Part shown: positions 18,977-30,547 of the stretch, in pieces
How positions within the stretch are numbered: the first letter of the stretch is position 1
Layout of the letters: each line of letters starts with the position of its first letter
Assembly (NCBI GenBank): GCA_001567355.1
Contig: JYNZ01000003.1
Span: 678,762 to 742,761 of the forward strand
Reading direction: 5' to 3'
DNA: 64,000 nt
From: a candidate division WS6 bacterium OLB20
GTDB lineage: Bacteria > Patescibacteriota > Dojkabacteria > B142 > OLB20
The notes under the pieces: model-generated
Told to the model about the DNA's origin: nothing
What the model saw: the letters and a program-made list of their open reading frames with translations, nothing else
The model's database searches: none
Made by a program: the position numbers and the translations under genes

Positions 18977-20769
18977 AGATCATAATGATAGACTCCCGGC
19001 GGGAGGTAGATTTCTCTCCCTTTAAACACGCTGCTGTGCTGACGTCTGATCAGCAGCCTGATGTCGGTGCCAGGTACCAGCAGGCCCTCGTATTCGCGCT
19101 CGGAGAGCGTGGGCGGGTGGTCGGTTACCGCCGTCAGTGTCAGAAGCTCTGAACCGGTGCATCCGTCAGCTTTGCAGCTGAAACCGACATTTTCAGCCGA
19201 ACCGGGCATAGCCCCGCGGTAGACGGTACCTCCGCTCAGTACAAAAACCTCAATTGCTGTCTCTGGCTCATGCGAAAGCTGCTGTGGTTTTAATACTTTA
19301 AAGTGAATGTCATTTACATCCCGTGTATCAAGTCTGTAGACGTAGTCGCCTGCTCCCGCAAGCAGTCCGAGCAGACTGTTGCCTCCTGACGCGTTGCCGT
19401 AGACTGCCCGTACCCAGCCAAGCGGAAACTCGCTCGAGCGTAGCAGGTCAAAATGAAAGCGGTACATGTCAAAGGCAGTATAGTACCCGCTTGTCGTCAG
19501 TCTGCCGACAGGCGTAAACCGGTACATCCCTGTCAGAACCAGCGTCCAGCTCAGCAGAAATATAAGCAGCGCAAGTGCAGTGCGTCTGCTGCGCAGGCGC
19601 AGTGAACTGATCCTGACCAGCACTTCAGCCATGCCGGGAACACAGAAGGCGGCAGCAACAATCATAAATCTGCTGCCGAATGACGCCCCGCCTGCCCAGG
19701 ACGGCCAGAATCCGAAAATCAGAGCTGTACCGAAAACAGTGGCAAGGCCGAGCACCGCAATGATCCTCTTGCGGCGCAGCAGCAGCACAAGTCCGGCCAG
19801 CGCAAACAGCATCACAGGTGAAAACACGAGCCACCCGTGATGCGGGCTGGCCAGCACGTCAAAAAAATGAAAGGCTCCCAGGCTGAATGTTTCTCCACGT
19901 ATTGTGCTGTAACCCGACGCAACGGGTGAACCATACGACTCGAGGTTGTATAGCATCCAGACGATGAGAGCGGGAACGGTACTTGCGATCATGGCGCAGG
20001 CATCCCTGAACCTTCGTTTTGATAACAGATACAGCCCCTGTATCACTGCCGGGATAACGCTGGTTGGCCGGACAATAAAGGCAATACTGCCTGCCAGCCC
20101 CATCAGTGCAGCAAAGCGCATGCGCGGCCGTGCGAGGTATCGTGCGAGTGCATAGAGACCAAGTGAGACTGCAAACAGTTCGTAGGTGTGCGTATATGTT
20201 GGCAGCAGCATTACATACCAGATTGCAAATGAGCTGCTGTATACGATAGCTGTTGCCGCCGCACTGATCTTCTCTGTGTAGCCCAGTTCACGCATTGCCT
20301 TGTAGAGGAGTACAAGGGTTGCAAAACCCGTGACAGCTGCAGTAAGCAGGATCATGATTCCGTCGGTTAGCGGATGACCGTTAAATGCCATGAAGTAGTC
20401 AGTGTAGACATCGCTGTCGCCTGCCAGAATCTGGCCGATCGCAATTCCCGGAAGCAGAAACAGGGATGTTCCCGGGGAGCAGACAGTCGCGTAGCGTCCG
20501 TTAAATTCGGTGATCACATGCCCTTTGTAATCAAAGTATTCGGGCTCGACCGGAGACGTAAAACTGCCATGGTCGGTCAGTGAACGGGCGATGTGATAGT
20601 AGCAGTAGCCGTCAGCATACACAAACGGTACTCCGTTGCTGAATAAAAGCCCCGCAAATACTGCCGCTGTAACTGCAAGCCATGCTGCAGGGCGGGATGC
20701 CAGTTTCAGGATACGTTCTCTCATGAATAGCTGCTGTAGCGGATATGTATCTGAGATGATAGAATACAA
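18970..20769 (-). CDS. polytopic membrane protein, GT-C (PMT/ArnT-like, GT39/GT83) glycosyltransferase candidate
   Basis: ~11 TM helices in the first 430 aa. C-terminal soluble domain. Resembles dolichyl-phosphate-mannose protein mannosyltransferase-type enzymes. Confidence 0.45.
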   Translation of the reverse strand: MYSIISDTYPLQQLFMRERILKLASRPAAWLAVTAAVFAGLLFSNGVPFVYADGYCYYHIARSLTDHGSFTSPVEPEYFDYKGHVITEFNGRYATVCSPGTSLFLLPGIAIGQILAGDSDVYTDYFMAFNGHPLTDGIMILLTAAVTGFATLVLLYKAMRELGYTEKISAAATAIVYSSSFAIWYVMLLPTYTHTYELFAVSLGLYALARYLARPRMRFAALMGLAGSIAFIVRPTSVIPAVIQGLYLLSKRRFRDACAMIASTVPALIVWMLYNLESYGSPVASGYSTIRGETFSLGAFHFFDVLASPHHGWLVFSPVMLFALAGLVLLLRRKRIIAVLGLATVFGTALIFGFWPSWAGGASFGSRFMIVAAAFCVPGMAEVLVRISSLRLRSRRTALALLIFLLSWTLVLTGMYRFTPVGRLTTSGYYTAFDMYRFHFDLLRSSEFPLGWVRAVYGNASGGNSLLGLLAGAGDYVYRLDTRDVNDIHFKVLKPQQLSHEPETAIEVFVLSGGTVYRGAMPGSAENVGFSCKADGCTGSELLTLTAVTDHPPTLSEREYEGLLVPGTDIRLLIRRQHSSVFKGREIYLPPGVYHYDLQ

Positions 20770-20787
20770 ACGTTAATCACGCAACCA

Positions 20788-22281
20788 ATGAATCACGTTC
20801 GAACCCGTTTTGCACCCAGTCCTACAGGTTTTCTTCATATCGGAGGAGTACGTACAGCAATGTACGCATTCGCTCTTGCAAAGAGACACGGAGGCCAGTT
20901 TCTTCTCCGGGTCGAGGACACAGACCAGACAAGGTTTGTTGAAGGCGCGGAAGATGTGATCTTCAGTGTCCTTGACCAGTTTGGCCTGACACCGGACGAA
21001 AGTGATCGCCATGGTGGAGATAAAGGACCATATCGCCAGTCAGACAGGCTGGATATCTATAAAAAATACGCCGAGCAGCTTGTTGAGCAGGGAGACGCGT
21101 TCTACAGCTTTGAGTCAAAGGAGGAGCTTGCAGAGCACCGCCGTGTGGCAGAAGCAAACAAAGAACGTTTTGCCTACCGGTCTCCCTACCGCGATCTTCC
21201 GCTGGAAGAGGCAAAAAAGAGGATTGCAGCCGGAGACGAGTATGTGATCAGACAGAAAATGCCTGCAGGTCAGGGGATCATCTTTGAAGATGCGCTGCAG
21301 GGGACAATGAAGTTTACGACGGATGATGTCGATGACGGTATTCTGCTTAAATCGGACGGTTTCCCGACCTATCACCTGGCAGTGGTCGTTGATGATCATC
21401 TGATGGAAGTGTCGCATGTGTTCAGAGGTGTGGAATGGATTCCAAGTATCCCCAAGCATGTGCTGCTCTATAAAGCATTTGGCTGGGAGATGCCGGTTTT
21501 TGCTCACCTTTCACTGATACTTGACCCAGGAGGAGGAAAACTGTCAAAACGCAAAGGTGCCGTTGCTGCAGATGAGTTTCTCAAAGAAGGTTACCTGCCA
21601 CAGGCACTGCTTAACTTTCTGATGCTGCTTGGATGGTCCTCGCCGCAGGAGCGTGAGCATGGTGAATCCGAGCGTGAGTTCTTTTCGATGCAGGATTTTG
21701 TGGAGCAGTTTGATATCTCCGACCTTAACAAGAGCAGTCCGGTGTTTAACCGCGAAAAGCTGCTCTGGTTTAATCAGCAGTATCTTCAGCAGCTGTCGCC
21801 CGACCTGTTTGTGCGCGCATTTACAGACTGGGTTGACCACTACGGCGATGACGAGACATTTAAACAGCAGCTGGTTGCGGCAGGACCTGAAAAGGTGCAG
21901 AACATGCTTGTGCTTGAACAGACAAGGGTAAAAACACTTGCCGAAATACCAGCCACGCTGCAGTTTTATTTTAACGAGCCCGGCACGGTCAGTTTTGCCG
22001 AGGTAAAACAGCTTAAAAATCTGACAGACGAGCAGGTTGCCGGTGTCTATCGCGATTTTCTTGCGGAGCTTTCCCGCCAGGAGTCGGTAAGCTCGTGGGG
22101 ACATGAAGCATGGGAGCAGTCGGTACGAACGATTGCTGAAAGGCACGATGTAAAAGCCGGTTCGGCATTTATGGCACTCAGGATCGCAGTCACCGGTTCA
22201 CCGTTTTCGCCACCTCTTTTTGAGGTGATGGAGATTCTGCAAAAGGATACAATACAGGAACGAATTCAACGCTATCTTTAA
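20788..22281 (+). CDS. gltX: glutamyl-tRNA synthetase
   Basis: HIGH motif (SPTGFLHIGGVRTA) and KMSKS variant (KLSKRKG). Class I Glu/Gln-RS catalytic core. Confidence 0.9.
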   Translation: MNHVRTRFAPSPTGFLHIGGVRTAMYAFALAKRHGGQFLLRVEDTDQTRFVEGAEDVIFSVLDQFGLTPDESDRHGGDKGPYRQSDRLDIYKKYAEQLVEQGDAFYSFESKEELAEHRRVAEANKERFAYRSPYRDLPLEEAKKRIAAGDEYVIRQKMPAGQGIIFEDALQGTMKFTTDDVDDGILLKSDGFPTYHLAVVVDDHLMEVSHVFRGVEWIPSIPKHVLLYKAFGWEMPVFAHLSLILDPGGGKLSKRKGAVAADEFLKEGYLPQALLNFLMLLGWSSPQEREHGESEREFFSMQDFVEQFDISDLNKSSPVFNREKLLWFNQQYLQQLSPDLFVRAFTDWVDHYGDDETFKQQLVAAGPEKVQNMLVLEQTRVKTLAEIPATLQFYFNEPGTVSFAEVKQLKNLTDEQVAGVYRDFLAELSRQESVSSWGHEAWEQSVRTIAERHDVKAGSAFMALRIAVTGSPFSPPLFEVMEILQKDTIQERIQRYL

Positions 22282-24026
22282 TGAGGAGAGTCCTGATCAC
22301 TGCCTTCCTGATCCTGATCGGGATGGTCGGCACAGCCCAAAATGTTTCTGCACAGCAATCCTTTCGCGGTGGCGTGCGCTTTGACGTGCGGATACAGGAA
22401 GCCGGGACAGCAGCAGTCACTCAGGAGATCGATCTGATCAACACCTCAGGACAATACCTGATCTCATCCTACACGCAGACATTTCCTTTCAGCATTGATT
22501 CACTTGCCGTGACTATGGACGGCACAAGGCTCTCAGCCGTTCAGGAGGGAAACAGGGTGACAGTCACACTGGGGCAGAAGTCTGTCCGGCTTAATCAGCG
22601 CGGCACAATCCGGCTTGAGTACCGTGTTTCTGATCTGGTGGTTGCAAGCGGTCCCATGCACGAGATCACCTGGCCGCAATTTGAATTTGGTTTTCCTACT
22701 GATGATTTCAGAGTCAGCCTTTATTACCCGGAGTCATGGGGTGAGGTCACGTGGTCTGCGGCAGAGTATGAGAATGCAACCGGCAGGTTCGGGTACAAAG
22801 GGGTTATGGTAAGGTCGCCGCAACCGTTGTATCTGGTCACCGGGTCTTACAGTGCTCTGACTTTTGATGCCGCTTACGCTCTGACGCACGGTGCAGATTC
22901 CGAACAGCTGCTGAGAATAGCGCTGCCGGACACGCGCCTGGGATCGTTTGATCTTGGTACGGTTACATTTGCTGAACGGGGTATTGTCGAAGAGAGCGGA
23001 CAGAGGTTTCTGGTCGTCAGAGTTCCGGAACGCACAAGAAAAGAAGGAACGATTGCAGGCAGCTGGAAACCTTCATCAGAACCTGCACTCCCCGAAGAGA
23101 CAGATCTCGGGACCACCCAGGCTGATATTGCTTTTCTTGAACTGCCCGAAGGTTACACGGAGGACAGAATTTATGATGATCTGCAGCGTCGTCTCACTCC
23201 CGCCACAAAGTACCTTCTGATAAACCGCTTCAGCATTACCGATACTGTCAAAAGCAGAGCCCACACACCACTTGATTACGCGCAGGTATATACGGCTGCC
23301 TACCGTTCACGCGGGATACCGGCATACACAGTCTACGGCCTTACGCGGTTTCCACAATCCGGGGATTTTGTCTGGCACGTCTGGGTGATGGTCAGGCGTG
23401 ACGGAGAGTGGATCAGTCAGGATCCGTATATGCAGGACCTGCTGGGGTATGACTATCGAAATTCGGTGAGTCCGTTTCATATACCCTGGACTATCCTTGG
23501 CAGCGAGACCGACCCCGCGACGCTTGGTGTGACATCAATTGACCCGGCTTCTGTTGCAAAATTCTCGGATGATCTGCAGCCTTTTGAACACACATTCGCA
23601 GCGGAGGTTCAGCTGCAGCTTAAGGGAGAGGCATACTCAGGCAGGCCGCTTCCACTTACCGTGCTTGTCGTAAATACGGGCACCGATGCTGTGCGGATCA
23701 GTTCGATCGAGATAGAAGGCGCAGAGCTGCCAAGGGATCTGTACGAGCAGCAGCTTCTGCTGCCGGGCACCGTCATCGAAGTTCCTGTCCTGAATCTGGC
23801 AGTTGACGATCCCTTCTTTTCTGGCGTAAAGACGCTGGCCGGCACGGCGATTATTTACACTGATGAAGAGACCCTCGACGTCCCGCTTGAACTGACCGTG
23901 GCAATGGTTGTCGATTACCGCACATTGGGCTTGAACCTGACGGTTGTACTGCTTATGATAGTTGCGCTGACCACCGGTCTGCGCAAAGGAATAATCAAAG
24001 TACCGCGCCGCCGCCGCAAGACGTGA
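22281..24026 (+). CDS. secreted transglutaminase-like domain protein (apparent Cys->Tyr substitution at the catalytic position); C-terminal TM + Arg-rich tail
   Basis: Signal peptide. Core …DYAQVYTAAYRSRGIPAYTVYG…HVWVMV…WISQDPY… matches the TGase-like C-H-D scaffold except for the nucleophile. C-terminal …VVLLMIVALTTGLRKGIIKVPRRRRKT. Confidence 0.5.
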   Translation: MRRVLITAFLILIGMVGTAQNVSAQQSFRGGVRFDVRIQEAGTAAVTQEIDLINTSGQYLISSYTQTFPFSIDSLAVTMDGTRLSAVQEGNRVTVTLGQKSVRLNQRGTIRLEYRVSDLVVASGPMHEITWPQFEFGFPTDDFRVSLYYPESWGEVTWSAAEYENATGRFGYKGVMVRSPQPLYLVTGSYSALTFDAAYALTHGADSEQLLRIALPDTRLGSFDLGTVTFAERGIVEESGQRFLVVRVPERTRKEGTIAGSWKPSSEPALPEETDLGTTQADIAFLELPEGYTEDRIYDDLQRRLTPATKYLLINRFSITDTVKSRAHTPLDYAQVYTAAYRSRGIPAYTVYGLTRFPQSGDFVWHVWVMVRRDGEWISQDPYMQDLLGYDYRNSVSPFHIPWTILGSETDPATLGVTSIDPASVAKFSDDLQPFEHTFAAEVQLQLKGEAYSGRPLPLTVLVVNTGTDAVRISSIEIEGAELPRDLYEQQLLLPGTVIEVPVLNLAVDDPFFSGVKTLAGTAIIYTDEETLDVPLELTVAMVVDYRTLGLNLTVVLLMIVALTTGLRKGIIKVPRRRRKT

Positions 24027-24086
24027 GTGCTTGTTTTACAGTGCTTATGCAATGCCATATACTACTAACAGTATTAACTGCCCGTA

Positions 24087-26860
24087 ATGTCCGAACCGAA
24101 ACGCTATGTAATCAGTTTAAGTCAGATCCAGGGTCAGCCTGGTGAACTCGTCGGCGATCGCATTCTGCTGCTTAATGAGGTAGATAAACTCGGTGTGCCG
24201 ATACCCACGACGTTTGTAATCACATCGCAGGCGTTTGATGACTTTATAGTGGCCGCAGACCTCGTCAGTTACATCTCCGAACGTATCAATAACGTAGATT
24301 ACACAAAACAGCGGCAGATCAAGCAGAACGCAAGAGAGATCCGGGAGGCGATAATGCGCTCGCCGATGCCCGATATCATAGCCCAGCCTATCGAAAAGGC
24401 ATACTCAGGTATGGGGGGAATGTTTGAGTCGTTTGTGAGTATCAAAACCTCGCCACCGCGTCCCGAACTCAACGAAGTGAATTACGGAGATCGTTTTGTG
24501 CTCGATAATATCAAAGGCACACATGATGTGTTTGCTGCCGTCAAGCAGGCGTGGGCAGAACTGTTTACCGAGGAGGCACTGATTTTTCGCGCATCAGTTG
24601 CGTATGAAGGGTCAATCACCATGGCCGTTGCAATCCAGAAGCTTGTACAGGCAGAGGTCTCAGGCCTGGTGCATACCAAAAGTCCTGCCAGTGAGGGCGA
24701 AATGGAAATTCAGGCTGTCCTGGGACTGTTTGAGGGCGTAGATCGTCTGCAGCTTGTACCCGAAAGCTATTTTTACAACCCCAAAGAGGAAGAGATTACC
24801 GATAAGAAACTTGCCCCGCAGCGTCAGATGCTGGTCCGAAAAGGCAGAGCGGATACCGCAAATGCACTTGCAGAAGTCCCGATCTCAAAGAACTGGCAGG
24901 AGCAGCAGAAGCTTGATGACCGTTTTATTGTCAATCTTGGCAGGATCGGCTCATCCTTGAAAAGTCTCTACGGGGCAGATCTGATCATCGAGTTTGCCTA
25001 CGAGGCGGGGCGTGTTTACATTATGTCGATCATCACCGAGGAGGAGTCACTTGCGCAGCGGGCTACGCTGGAGATTGTAAAAGAAGAGGCGCGACCCATT
25101 CAGGAGTTATATCCGGAACGTCCGGATCTTAAAAAAGGACCGAATGATGCAAACCTGGCACGCATTGAGGGGCACCAGGTCGAAGAGGAGGAACAGCGCG
25201 ATCTCAGTAACCTGGCGCTCGTTGTTGATGAGGAGGAGCGTGAGGAAAAACTCAATCTGATAGCCAACGTCGGACCCGACGACTCGCCTGAACAGCAGAA
25301 GGCTGAGCTGGCAAGGCCTGCGGTCGGACCTTCCGAGGCAGAGCAGAAGGTCGAGCTGACCAGGACCAAGGCAGCACCAGAGGATAAACCGGTTGATGTC
25401 CAGATCTCGCGCCCGCACAGTCCGGTTCAGCAGCCAGTGTCCCAGCCGGGGGTTGAGGTGCACGGACAGGAGGTTGTTGTTGATATCAAACCCTTAACAG
25501 TCCTGGAAAAAATTCTCGGTGGTGTCGGATTCGGCAGTACAGTTCAGTTCGGGCTTGTCCACTTTGTTATGGAGGATACTGACTGGCTCGGTCTGACCGG
25601 TGATGAGATCCTGGTTATTAAAAAGCTCGACGAAAAACGGCTGAAGGAGATCAACAGTGTGCGTGCGGTTGTCCTTGAGGAGCCGCTGCGCGAGGAGCAG
25701 CTGCAGCTCATTAAGGTGCCTGTCATCCATGCTGTAAAAAAATGCCCGTGACGTATTGCGCGAAAATGAAGTAGTAACTATCGACGCACAGCACGGTGAG
25801 GTGCTGCTTGGTGCAGGTAAAAAGCCTGATGATGAGGTTAAGGGGGTCGAGCAGACTGAGGAGCAGCCGTCGCTGGTCGATCCGTTCCCGGTAATCTCAG
25901 AGGCTGATATCATCACAAAAGAAAAAAGACGAGCGTGATCCGGTCCAGACAGGCAGCAGTTTCTGGCAGATACTTGATCCGGCAAAACCGTCAGTTGATG
26001 CATCGCAGTCAGAGGGAGTGGTTGTTGATATGAACGACTTTTACCTCCACGCATCAGTCAATCCCGAGTATCTGCTGGGTGAACCCGAACACAAGCGTTC
26101 ATTTATCAAAGAGGTCGTTGCTCATCTCAAACCGCTGCTTGAACTGCTTGAGAACAAAACCGTTCTTCTCAAGGCGCACGATCTTGATTATGAACATCTC
26201 AGCAAGCTGCAGGGTAATCAGAGCATTGACTTTAACACAAGGCACTTGAGCGGAGCAGGCAAGTTTGTTGCCAATCCCAAACTGCTTGAACTTGAACTTG
26301 AGATTCTGGCGATTCTGCGCAACCGCGAATCACTCAGGAACATCTGGCTTGCTGTCCCGAATGTAAACAGTGCAGATGAACTCACCGAGGTAAAAAAGAT
26401 CATCTCCTCATATGGCTTCAGGCGGTCATCAACATTCAAGCTGTATGCCCTGATAACAAGACCGCTCGGAATGCTTTCGCTTAAGACCATTGTTGACCAC
26501 GAGATTGATGCCGTCGGTCTGGATATCGATAGAATACTGGATAACCTCTTTGGCGATGCGGATTATACGATGACAACGGATATTGCCACCTTTCTGGGCT
26601 GGGCTGTACGCACAATCAACTCCAATAAGTCCCGACCTGTTCTTATGAACCGCAAGCACGATATTGATAAGGAAACTCTGCAGCTGATGGTCGAAAAAGG
26701 TCTGACCGAATTTATCGTCCCCCAGAAGGATCTCTACCAGTCACGACTGCTTGTCTCCAGTATTGAGATCACCAAGGTAACAAAAAGAAGAAACGCGGCA
26801 GAAAGAAGAAAGAGATCGACTACGGATTCTGATATAAATAGGTATGCGTTTTCTGTATAA
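24087..26860 (+). CDS. PEP-utilising enzyme family protein (PPDK_N ATP-grasp domain + long acidic low-complexity insert + phospho-His swivel domain + PEP-utilisers C-terminal TIM-barrel-like domain), split into three ORFs by single-base frameshifts at A7 (25736-25742) and A6 (25922-25927)
   Basis: N-terminus matches the pyruvate phosphate dikinase PEP/pyruvate-binding domain (…VAIQKLVQAEVSGLVHT…). The junction reads …VIHAVKK/NARDVLRENEVVTIDAQHGEV across the A-run (compare TSHAAIVARELGIPAVVG…VTVDG). The third piece has an …LAVPNVNSADELTEVKKII… signature like iMIPMV..eE..e.k. Confidence 0.55.
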
Positions 26861-29800
26861 TCACTGCATAGGCCAACAAGGAATGGATTTTTTGCGACAA
26901 CAGATCATATATCTGCTCGTTCTGATTGTGCTTTTTCAAGGTGTAGTTCTGCTTCCTGCTGCCGGTGTTCAGCCCGCAGAAGCCCAGTCGGTTGAGCGCG
27001 CGCGACAGATGCTTGATACAGATCAGGAGTATGATCTTTCTGCCGTTTTTGTGAAGTACCGTGACGACGAACGTCCGCGCCTGATGCGTGTTGATCCAAA
27101 TGATCGTGCACGTTTCTCGACAGCTGAAGCAGAGATATATTCTGCAGCTCAGATAGAAGAGAAAAAGGGTCAGCTGGAGCGCACTATTGCCCGTCTGCTT
27201 GAGGATCCCCAAGTCGAACATGTCCAGCCCCAGTTTATCTACGAGATCGAGGCATGGACAAACGGTCCGACCCAGGATACACCAAATGATTTTGACACAA
27301 CATCTCCGTTCAATCACTGGTATTACGACAAATCTAAACTGCGCGAGCTCTGGGATGACCAGAACTGTGCCACGGGTGGAGGAACCTGCGGAGGCAGCAG
27401 TAATGTGACTGTTGCGGTGATCGATACAGGTCTCGCATTTGAAAATTACAACAGCCCCTGGGGTGATAACTTCCGCGTAAATCAGGTCCTCGCAAGTTCG
27501 ACTGCGACAGCAGCATCAACCGGAAATAACCTTGTTGCGTCATCGGCGATATTTGTCCCTTCGATGGTCGGCAGGCTGATTTATAACGGTGCGGATGACA
27601 CGTATGCTGAGATCACTGCTGTAGGAGGCAATCCGTCCTCATCAGCAACAGTCGAGCTGTACCCCTCCGGCAGTCCGATAGGCGAGACTTTTGATAATGA
27701 TGCGATCGACGTTCTGGGAACAGGCAGTGACATGTTTACATACGGTGCTCCTGTAGATGATGCTGAAGCACTGCCAATGATCAATATGTATAAAAACGAG
27801 CTTGAGATTCCGAACAATGGGCTCGATGACGATGATAACGGCTACATCGATGATGTTTTTGGCGTAAACACAGCTGATTATATTTACTGTAACTTTATTG
27901 CAAGCTGCAGTGCTGCAGAAGAGCGCAGCATCGGTCATCCTAACGATGACGGCGGCCACGGCACATTTGTCAGCGGGCTGATTGCTTCAATTGTAGATAA
28001 TAACTTCGGCAGTGTTTCTCCTGCACAGAACGTATCGCTGATGCCTATCAAGGCTTCGTTTTTTCATTCGCGTTCTCTCGGTTCACTTGAGATATGGTAT
28101 GCCGTTGATTATGCTGTCACGCATGGTGCAGACGTGATCAATATGAGTTTCTCGGGTCCTGCAGAAGACCCCGGACTGACAGAAAAAATCGCCTGGGCAA
28201 ATGACAATGGGGTCACCGTTGTCGCTGCGACAGGCAACTCCGCGGCAGCTGTTGAATGGCCCTCCAAAGCCGCCGGCGCTATCGCTGTCGGTGCTGCAAA
28301 ACCAAATGATGAACGTGCGTTTTATTCCAACTACGGCCCGGAGCTGGATGTTGTCGCGTATGTGGGTAATGGTGCAGGTGTCGGCGATACAGCCTACCAG
28401 CGATCCTATACCTGCTTCTTCGCGAGTCCCAACTGCTATACCAGCAACCAGTACAATTCATTCTCAAACGGTTACGGCATCGGTACTTCATATGCGTCTC
28501 CGCAGGTTGCTGCTCTTGCCGCGCTGCTGCGTTCGGCCAAGCCAGCGATTACACCGGACGGGATCAGGGCAAGCATCAGACAGTATGCTATGGATATCGG
28601 CACTCCGGGATTTGACAACGAGACCGGGTACGGTGCTATCGATTTTCAGGCAACATACAACGGTGTTCTGAATAATGTTGCTCCATCATTTCAGATATCA
28701 GAGCCGAACGGTCTGGCGGACAATGCTGATATGTCGTTTACCCTGAGCTGGACAGATTCAGATCCTGATGATGATGCCCGTATCACACTGTACAGGGATA
28801 CAAACGACAGCGGATTTGACGGGGTACCGATAGAGGAATGTTCCAACATGTCAGAAAATTCGGCAACGGACAGCTGTAATTTTGACACCCGCGGTCTGCC
28901 GGCGGGCAGCTATTACATATACGGATGCATCAGTGACCAGATCAATGCCCAGTCTGCGACTACGGCAGCGGGCCTGTAACTGTGTCACATACAGTCATCC
29001 GTGACTACGGAAAACTCGGTGTCTCGACAACACCGGTCAGAGTCAATTTTAATCAGACGTTTACCGGACCTCCGATTGTACATGCGACAGTTACAGCCGA
29101 ATATGGCGGTGACATGGTCTATGTAAATGTCACAAACATCACCAATACCGGATTTACAGTGGCCCTGCAGGAGAACACACTGAGCGGATATAACGGTCTG
29201 CATTTTCTCGAAGAGGTGAGCTGGTACGCAGTGTCAGCGATCAGCGCCAGTGAAAAGGTGGGCGCGACAATTCTTAATACTGAATGGAAGCAGATAACAT
29301 TTGATTCGGCGTTCGGTTCGGTACCAAAGGTGTTCGCCTTTGTACAGTCAGAAAACGGCGCTGACCTGGTGTATGCTGATATCCGCAACCGTACCGTCAG
29401 CGGTTTTGAGATGCGACTCGAGGAGCCACTGCCGTATGACGGCACTCACACAAACGAGACAGTCGGATGGATTGCGTTTGTAACTCACCCTCTGGGTACC
29501 GTGCAGTCCGGCACGGCGACCGGAGACAGCAACTGGACTCCGGTCAGTTTTCCTGTCGCATTTGCGGATCCGCCCGTGCTTATCTCGGATATTGTTACTG
29601 AGAACGGTTCTGACCAGGCGATAGTTGATATCCGTAACCTCACGGGAACCGGTTTTGAGTTCAGAATCGAAGAGGATCCGTTTACCCATAATGTCGCGCA
29701 TTTTGATGAGACAGTCAGCTGGATGGCGGTCACCCGGACAGCTCCTTCAAGTGTGTTCGAGAAGATTTCGTTAAACCATGAGTGGACGTATGTTCCATTT

Positions 29801-30547
29801 ATGGATGTCTTTGAGAACACTCCGTATGTATTTGCAGATGTATCAACCGAGAGCGGCAGCGATACAATCGAGGTTGATATCCGGGGCGTCTCTCCCGTCG
29901 GGTTCAGCGCCCGCATCGAAGAGGATACAAGAGGCGGCTGGGATGGAACGCACAATCTGATCGAGACTATCTCGATCACTGCTGTTGACCCGGTAGTAAG
30001 TCCCTACGACACAGGAACGGTTAACCTGGCAAATAATGACACATGGGTTCCGGTTAATTTTGGTGGTGTGTACGCCCAGCCGCCCAACGTATTTGCGATG
30101 ATACAGACAGAGTTCGGTGGAGACACAGCAGAGATTGATATCCGTAATGTCACAACAACAGGCTTTGAGATCCGGCTTGAAGAGGATGTGCTCTTAGGCT
30201 GGGATGGTTTTCATGCATCAGAGCAGGTGGCATGGATGGCGCTGGACAGTACAACTCCGTTGACAGGGCAGACCGGAAGACTCGTGATAGACCAGACGGT
30301 AGCAAAAAACCAGGTCTGGCATAATGTCACATTCCCGTCACCGTTTTCTGCAGTACCGAATGTTCTTGTTGAGATCAATTCCGAGAATGGTGGTCATACT
30401 GTGCAGGCGGACATCCGCAATCTGACTGTAGGCGGATTCCAGGTCAGGCTCGAAGAGGAGCCGAATATCTATGACGGGACCCACATCCCCGAAACTGTTG
30501 TCTGGTTTGCAAACGGTAACACTTATTCTATTACTCTTTCTCCCTGA
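26844..30547 (+). CDS. secreted subtilisin-like (S8) serine protease fused to six tandem lectin-like (H-type-lectin-like) ~85-aa repeats; split by a frameshift in 28937-28976 (CCC run 28948-28950). Likely true start at 26883 (MDFLRQQ…)
   Basis: S8 catalytic triad motifs VAVIDTGLAF (Asp), HGTFVSGLIAS (His), GTSYASPQVAALAALL (Ser). Signal peptide. The repeat consensus is W..V.F...F...P.V.A.IQTENGGD.A.VDIRN.T.TGF..R.EED…dG.H..E.V.W.A. Homology with the downstream paralog runs straight across the stop. Confidence 0.75.
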
